The notes under the pieces: model-generated | What the model saw: only the letters and a program-made list of their open reading frames with translations | What the model was told of the DNA's origin: nothing | The model's database searches: none | From: Sphaerodactylus townsendi | Taxonomy: Eukaryota | Length of the DNA stretch: 64,000 nucleotides | Reading direction: 5' to 3' | Assembly: GCF_021028975.2 (NCBI RefSeq) | Contig: NC_059440.1 | Span: 17,546,001-17,610,000 of the forward strand | Part shown: piece after piece, positions 56,821 to 64,000 of the stretch | How positions within the stretch are numbered: position 1 is the stretch's first letter | Layout of the letters: the number at the start of each line of letters is the position of its first letter | Made by a program: the position numbers and the translations under genes

Positions 56821-57618
56821 AATTAACAGTCGCTAATGAGGGGGGGGCTTAATAAATCCTTCGGCCTCTTGATAGTAATGCTCAGAAGGGAACAAGAACG
56901 GAGGGAATTTCTGTCTTTGGCCTTAACTTCATAAAGCAGGGGACTCATGAAGAGCAGCCTTTCCCACACTTCCTCCCTCATTTGAGAGAGACCTGCATTT
57001 TTTTCAATGCACAAAACAGTCAGAAAACAAAAATACATTTTCACACTCTCAATGTTTATTAGCCATAGGCAATACACACATAAACAGATACTTCAGCCAA
57101 AGCCCTACTCCCCACAGTTTACAAAAATATAAAACACATTGTGAAAATTTTTCTAGCTGTAGAGTACAGAAGCATTACAATGCTAAAGCGTTAAGTTGCC
57201 AAAGCGGAGTATCCTATATTTACTTCTAGCAGGATCTGGTTGTAATTTTAAGGGGTTTTTTTTAACCACCTTTATTCCAACTTAGCTTGTGTGTTTAGAA
57301 CATCAGTTAATCTTTCTCTGATTTTCGGTGCTAAAAACATAAATATTGCTACTTTGGATGTAACTTCAGCATACACATCGGCCATCAGAAAGCAGACTTT
57401 CTCTTCCTCACTTTCTGTCGGGCCTGACAGGATATCATTGATATATTTGTTGCGGATAGACTAAAAAGGGCAATGAAGTGTGTAGTGTATTATGCCCTCA
57501 CTCTGATTTAAGCTACAAAAATAAATTTGTGGGAGGAAAACCTGGAGTTGGTGACCTGAATAAATTGTAGAATCAGAGTGAACCCACCACAGCTAATCGT
57601 CTTGGTGTTCTTCTAGTA

Positions 57619-58334
57619 CAGTGATGGCGAACCTTTTCGAGACCAAGTGCCCAAACTGCAACCCAAAACCCACTTATTTATTGCAAAGTGCCAACATGGC
57701 AATTTAACCTGAATACTGAAGTTTTAGTATAGAAAGAACGATTGGCTCAAAGGCACACGTTACTCGGGAGTAAGCTTGGTGGCAGTCGGTGGCTTTGCTT
57801 TGAAGCAACTGTGCAACGCTTCAGACGGGTGAATCACAACCCTAGGAGGGTTTACTCAGAAGCAAACCCCATTGCCAGCAACCAAGCTTACTCTCAGGTA
57901 AAGGATTACACTTTCGTTCTTCCCATGAAAATCAGTAGGGTTTAACAGCGCTTAACAGGGTTTCCTACACTGCTTCCCCAAAACTAGGTCTTAGGTTTAA
58001 TGCTAATAATCTCCCTGAAATAATTACACCAGTGGTTCCCAAACTTATTTGGCCTACCGCCCCCTTTCCAGAAAAAATATTACTTAGCGCCCCCTGGAAA
58101 TTATTTTTTTAAAATTTTAATAGCAATTAAACAGAAAGATATATGTATTAATGTTTCTACTGCGACCATCACCGCCCCCCTGGATCGCTGCAGCACCCAC
58201 CAGGGGGCGGTGGCGCCCACTTTGGGAATCACTGAATTACACTATTATCACATGACGAACCCTGTGCATGCGTGCCCACAGAGAGGGCTCTGAGTACCAC
58301 CTCTGGCACCCGTGCCATAGGCTCGCCATCACTG
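57619..58334. mobile_element. Non-autonomous hAT transposon containing a second nested hAT (58030-58234)
   Basis: Outer TIR CAGTGATGGCGA/TCGCCATCACTG with TSD TTCTAGTA; inner TIR CAGTGGTTCCCAAA/TTTGGGAATCACTG with TSD AATTACAC. Confidence 0.9.
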
Positions 58335-59396
58335 TTCTAGTAGCCTGCTGGGTACTGAAAGAAATAAGATCTGAGTGAAATAGATGCCTTAGAAGGCTTT
58401 AAACCAGCCCCAGGAGGTTACTAAAGATGAAGGGCATTTATGCATGTACTATTGCACCCCACGGATGTTTGCTTTACTGTGGAGTTTTCCTGTGGTTTTT
58501 TGTTTGAGCAGGGATTCTTCTGCTAAGTGTCCCTAGCCAAGCCGCAATTTTGCTCATCTGCTTCCATGATGTTTGTGAAGGTTGCCTGCTTTTTTTTTTT
58601 TGGTTGCCCTTTGGTTCAACTACTTTTTTAGACCTGGTCAATTTCATATCAGTTTCGCTGTAGAGAGATCTTCAACTTCATGTCAATTTCAGGATAGATA
58701 GGTCTTCATCCTTAAATGGTGGCCCGAATAGTGGGAGGAACTGTTGTGGCGTGGGTGGGGGAAGGCAGAGAGAAAACCCAAAGAAAGCCTAATGCATGGT
58801 GATTGCCTTTGCTTTCCCTGCAAAGGGAGAGGAAAAAGTACATGTTGAGAGCTTTCAGAAATGAGATTCTCTGATCTGAGTGTGGTGAGTTCTGAAGAGT
58901 GGATTTTGTGCAACCGAGAATCCAGCCTGAGGAGATATACACTCAATGATAAGCAGATTACAAGTGTGTAAATGGCTGAAGTCTTTTCAGAAAAGAGCAG
59001 GGTAGAAATAAAACGAACATACCTTTGCTTGTGCAAATTCTGCAACTGGGTTTGCTCAGGTAAACTACAGAATGTGATTTGATGTAATAGCAGGGATAGA
59101 ATTAACAGCAGCATCCTTCAATATATTGCTAATAAAATGTAGGCTGCGAGCAGCACATTGTCACATTCTGTACCTTGTACATCCCTACTAAGGCTCTCCA
59201 AGGGGCTTAAAACTTGAAGAATAGCACAGTAGCAGATGTTAAGTGCAAACCAAATAAACTTGGTAAGGCAGTCTAAACCATGACTAGTAAAGTCCTTCAG
59301 AAGCAGCATTAGCAAAATGCTGCGGGTGGGTTGGTGGGTGGAATGACACAGACCCCCGGCCAGTCAGTGCCTTTCTACATTTGGAATATGACATCC

Positions 59397-60046
59397 ATCC
59401 CAGGGACGCTCCATCCTCCACACAACCCAGTGGTGGGTTAAAATTGAAGCCAAACTTAATGAGCTGGGCATTTCCTTGGAGGACCTGCTAATGTTAACAG
59501 AGCAGGAGGTCTATGGGGCTATCAAGAAGAGACTTTTTGACAGAGAGTTTCAACAGATGCTAGAGGAAGCTAATAAAACCTGTTCCCCAATCTCTCTGGG
59601 AATACCTGTGGATAGATTAATTGTAGCCCAGTACCTTTATCTCCTGGTTGAGGCCCGGTGGCGTAGAGCAATCACCTTAGCTAGGTGTAATGCCCTGCCT
59701 TCTTCCTTTAGCCTTGGACGCCACCTTGGAATCCCACATAAAGAAAGGAAATGCCCGTGTGGCATGGGTTCTGTGGAAACAGTATCTCATATGTTGTTGA
59801 ATTGTCCTTTTTATGAGATAGGTAGGAAGAAGCACATAATCCCCTTCCTGCATGGAAGTGAAGGCATTACAGATAAACAGAAGGTTATATATCTTTTAAA
59901 CAGCCACAACTACGAGTTGTTGGAAGCGGTGGCTAAATTTTAAAATGGTGTTATTTTAACTCGTCAGAAGTTGTAAAGGCTGTTATTATCTTGCAAAGTT
60001 AATCTTAAACTATTTATATGCCATTAAAGGTATTCGAAATCGAATC
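59397..60046 (+). mobile_element. 5'-truncated non-LTR retrotransposon (RTE-X-like C-terminus with CCHC knuckle)
   Basis: ORF 59476-59943 contains ...GRHLGIPHKERKCPCG...ETVSHMLLNCPFY; (TCGAA)n tail; 13-bp TSD GAATATGACATCC (59384-59396, 60047-60059). Confidence 0.8.
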
Positions 60047-60454
60047 GAATATGACATCCTCTTCACCTGGTACCTAAATAGTCGAATCGCTGGAGGAAAT
60101 TTGAAAGAGGAAGTGTTGTAATGAAAAATGGCCCGCAATCCCAACCTATCTCTGACAGTTTATAGACCAAGTTAGTAATCTCATATTGTACCATTGTTAC
60201 AGTAGTGAGTTGAATTACAGGCAAACCAGGATATCTGGGTAGCAACATATTCACAGCACTGTCCCAAAAAATTCCGCAGTGTACTTCTCTGCACACAACT
60301 CTTGCATTGCTTTTTTTTAACTACAGAAAATATTAAGAAATTAATATCAAGTCTAGGAAACTCGGTACAGCTACTTTGCATAAAAGTCCCACCAAGGGAT
60401 TCAGTACAGTCACTAATGTCAACATTCCTGTTCATACAAAACCCAAGTGTGTGA

Positions 60455-60590
60455 CACAGACACAGTGTGTAACAGACTTCTCACTGTGATACACCTCTGA
60501 AGATGCCAGCCACAGATGCAGGCGAAACATTAGGAACAAGATCTACCAGACCATGGCCATACAGCCCAGAAAACCCACAACAACCTGTAA
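60455..60590 (+). mobile_element. PLE terminal fragment with hammerhead motif (60494-60534)
   Basis: cctCTGAAGAtgccagccacagatgcaggcGAAAcattagg; core intact, helix III palindrome decayed. Confidence 0.75.
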
Positions 60591-61559
60591 CCAAATTCTT
60601 AAGAGAAAATACATTCTTGCATATGTTTCCTAGGTTGCTTTATAAACACAATTCTGGCTCTAATGAGATGAAAACATGGTTATGAAATGCAACAAAAGCA
60701 GTGATGCTCAACTGAGAAAATAAAGCACAAACAGGCAGTACGTAATTGTCCATTAAAGTCCATAAATCTAAATGCACTTTTCAGATGTGGCAGAGAGGCA
60801 GTAATTCAAAAGCAGGTAGTAGTTCTCAAAAAGGCTGGGTGAGCTTGGGCCAGTCACAGTTCTCTCAGATGTCTCTCAGCCCCACCTACCTCGCAAAGTG
60901 CCTGTTGTGGGGTGAGTATAAGCCACTTTGAGACCCCTTAAAGGAAGAGAAAAACGGGGTACAAAAACCCAACTATTCAACATTCATGGATTGGCTGCTG
61001 GTGGTTGCTGAGGGGCAAAGGTTGGAAATGCCCCTCATATTCACCGTGATCACTGAAAATCTTTCTGGAATTCTAATTCTGAGCTGGTTTCAGTAGCTGT
61101 GGTTCACCGGCTTCAAACCATACTTCCACAGGTATGATGGTTAGCAGCTTATTTTTTGAATGGATAGCTGAAGTTTGCTGTGCATACCAGGAGCCCCAGC
61201 TTACATGCATCTATACTTCTGCTGGGCATCAGTTTCTTGAGGATGAAACATTCGGTTTTAATCATTTTAAGCACGGTCACCCTCTTCAAAGGCAGCACCC
61301 ACGCCAGCAGTCCTATTGAATGACTTGGGGTTGCGCTGTTGCCTACAGGAGAATTTCTACGGCTCACCTCGGCTCTGGGTCACTCTTAAATACTTCAGGC
61401 TGTCAAGAGCGTTCAAATCAGAGGGCTTGGAACAGGGCCCAAGTTGCATTGCAATTTTTTATTTTTGGCATTGCAGTCCGCACAGGGGGACCGACTGGCC
61501 GTGAATTAACAGAAGACAGAACGGCCGGTTTGTTATTGTCTGCCTGAGACTCACGAATC

Positions 61560-61950
61560 GTGTCCGGTTTGGCTTTGACGCCTCGTCCTCTGGATTACCT
61601 GTCACGCTCCCCCCTGACATTTTCTGGCAATCGGTTAGAAGAGAGAGGATTCTGAAAGGGAAAGGTTATGGTGAGTGCCCGCTTTCTCGGTCAAGAAGTC
61701 CAGCCTGGTCTATAAAAAAAGATAAACGTGCAACTTCATAGGTAACAGCTGTTTACTTCTAAGTTAAGAGTACTAAAAATGACTAGGTCGTTTTTGAGCA
61801 GCAACCAAAATTCGGTCCAGGAACAAGTGTTGTGATAATGACAGATGGCAGCACTGTTAAGCAGAGTCTTTTCCCTCTTACTGTGCAGTGTTTTTCCTCT
61901 TACTGTACAGAAATCATGACCAGCCCTAACATCGTACTGAATCAAGGTCA
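61560..61950 (+). promoter_or_regulatory. Putative PHKG1 non-coding exon 1 and muscle-type cis elements
   Basis: Consensus donor ATG|GTGAGT at 61670/61671, myogenic E-box AACAGCTGTT 61744-61753, ERRE TCAAGGTCA 61942-61950. Confidence 0.45.
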
Positions 61951-62538
61951 AAACTCCGTGTCAACAGGCCAGGCTAGCCACTGCTTGGAAGTTCTGCATG
62001 TAGATCTTATGTTCTGAGTGGCTTCTGATAGAAAAGCACTCTGCACATGCATAGTGTTTTTACATGTTGAGCTATTTTTTGTGATACAAATAGAATGCGG
62101 TGGCTGATCTGAATTAAAATGATTGCTGTATGGAACGACTCCACGGGCAAACTTCTCAGAGTTCAGTGAAGCGGTTCAGCTTTAAAAAAAAATTATGTCA
62201 GTAGCAGAACAGTCACTTTTTATTTCTTTTTTACAATCAGTGCATGTGATGGTGGTTTGCAGTGCAGGGAAGAACGCAGGGGAAAGTGCTTTTGAAATAC
62301 AAGGCAGGAATTGGTATGCGGTAAAACCACACACACTAAGGCCCTTTCCGCACATGCAGAATAATGCACTTTCAATCCACTGAAGATTCTGTGTGGTTGG
62401 AAAGCAGCCTGCCCTGCAGGGTTGTCACGAGGGCAAACGTGAAGCAAAGGAGAGCCTTGAGACATGATAGCTTGCTTTCGTGCTTACTTGCATCCCGCAG
62501 TACACAGTACATACTAAAAAATACTGTTTCTTTCCTGA

Positions 62539-62945
62539 TTCTGGTGGGTTTTCCGGGCTGTGTGGCCGTGGTCTGGTGGATTTTGTTCCTAACGTTTCGC
62601 CTGCATCTGTGGCTGGCATCTTCAGAGCTGTATCATAGAGAAAAGTCTGTTTCACACTGTGTCTAGTGAGAAGGGAAAGTTTAGTGGGATATATTGTCCA
62701 TGTCCCAGAGTGGGAAACCAATCATTAAGTGTTTGGGTGGAACTTGCTATGCAAAGGTGTGGTTGAGTGCATTGTCTTGCAGGTGGGGTTATCAGTCCAT
62801 TTTTTTAAGTACTGGGAGCCAGGCTTTGCTAATTTTTCACAAACACCAGGACAACTTCAATAAGAAAGAAGAGACCACGGCCACGCAGCCCGGAAAACCC
62901 ATCAGAACCAGTTGAATCCGGCCGTGAAAGCCTTCGACAGTACAT
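62539..62945. mobile_element. PLE fragment with inverted arms upstream of the first PHKG1 coding exon; minus-strand hammerhead motif 62588-62628
   Basis: Same terminal repeat as above, plus an inverted HKHQDNFNKKEET endonuclease remnant at ~62838-62877. Confidence 0.8.
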
Positions 62946-63029
62946 TGTTTCTTTCCTGTTTTCCCTCACAGCATTTTGTCATCCTGAAATAAACCTCAAG
63001 AAGGTTTGGAACAGTGAAATCAGACAAAG

Positions 63030-63361
63030 ATGACCAAAACCGAGGAGCTTCCCGAGGGCCATTCCTCTGGGGAATTTTATGAGAAATATGAGCCAAAGGA
63101 AATCTTGGGAAGGTAAAAATATAAATCTGTTTGGCTAGAGATTGAGGTACAGTACTACCATAAAACACTTTGTCTGTTCTTCCAGAGGGGTGAGCAGCGT
63201 GGTTCGCCGGTGCATCCATAAAGTTACCAGGGAAGAATTTGCTGTTAAAATTATAGACATCACGGCTGGGAATTTGTCCCCAGAAGAAATTCAGGAATTG
63301 CGAGAAGCCACTCTGAAGGAAATAGACATCCTCCAGAAAGTATCTGGACATCCCAATGTCA
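63030..63361 (+). CDS. PHKG1: Phosphorylase kinase catalytic subunit gamma 1, first two coding exons (gene continues beyond the window)
   Basis: 63030-63112 ([28 protein letters not shown]; exon acceptor at 62971) and 63186-63361 ([12 protein letters not shown]...FAVKIIDIT...[25 protein letters not shown]), separated by a 73-nt intron. Syntenic with CHCHD2. Confidence 0.95.
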
Positions 63362-64000
63362 GTAAGTCAGATTTTCCCACTGATAAAACTGAGCACCTGG
63401 AGCAGCTCATTTCTCACACCTAGAAAAGCCAACTCTGGTTTTGGAAATCCCTGGAGATTTGGGGGTGGTGCCTGAGAAAGTGAGAGATTGGGAAGGGTTG
63501 TGATGTCATTGGGAAGGATGTGATGTCATAGCGACCACTTTTTGTAGCTGCCGTTTCCTCCAGGGGAATGGATATCTATAGTCTGGAGATCAGACGTAAT
63601 CTGAGAAGAAATTCTGAGAGCCTACAGGTGCTAACTGTACTGTGGGACCATTCACAGTGGCTATAATTGGGAATATTGTAGTCTGAATAGTTATATTAAG
63701 CAATTTAATTCTCGTAGTGGCAAAGAAATATTCCGTCTGGGTTTGCCTACTGATATACATTCCAGTTCAGCAATTTCATATTGGGATTTCCCAGTAGATT
63801 TGGGATACTTGGGAAGGTGGCCATTTTTTTAACATCCGATTTGTGTCCATTTGTTCCTTCCAGCTAGCTGCTGCGCACTTAACGGTACGCAGAAATGTTG
63901 CCAGCAAGTGTCTGGGGCCTGTTTGTCATTCTTGTACAAAGGCTTATGATTCCTGGGAGTGTTTCTCACCACTGAGGGGTTGGCAAGCTCCAGTCTGGGA

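Noticed and set aside
59476-59943. 155-aa ORF with a Cys/His motif as a host gene
   Set aside because: Lies within a TSD-bounded, 5'-truncated non-LTR element.

Overview
Vertebrate genomic DNA, most likely a squamate and probably a gecko (inferred from its SINE, CR1, Penelope and hAT repeats). Six intron-containing genes were reconstructed exon by exon from GT-AG boundaries and reading-frame continuity: the 3' ten exons of ASL/delta-crystallin (+, partial), complete GUSB (+, 12 exons, 649 aa), complete VKORC1L1 (-, 3 exons, 177 aa, probable ~6 kb 3'UTR), a divergent NUPR2-like p8 gene (+), complete CHCHD2 (+, 4 exons, 150 aa) and the 5' end of PHKG1 (+). Most entries in the supplied ORF track are spurious or are exon read-throughs. 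The main non-genic signals are: (1) Penelope-like retroelement termini with minimal hammerhead-ribozyme motifs, including a four-copy tandem/inverted cluster just upstream of GUSB; (2) a near-identical copy of the GUSB exon 4/intron 4 junction plus CR1 inside VKORC1L1 intron 2; (3) palindromic hAT MITEs carrying ZNF143/THAP11-type ACTACAnnTCCCA motifs on both sides of the CHCHD2 promoter; (4) a SINE tail that supplies an ASL splice acceptor; (5) a VKORC1L1-NUPR2 gap of under 6 kb at the position where human chr7 has its centromere. Comparisons with other species are from memory and need database confirmation. Repeat boundaries without a target-site duplication (TSD) are approximate.
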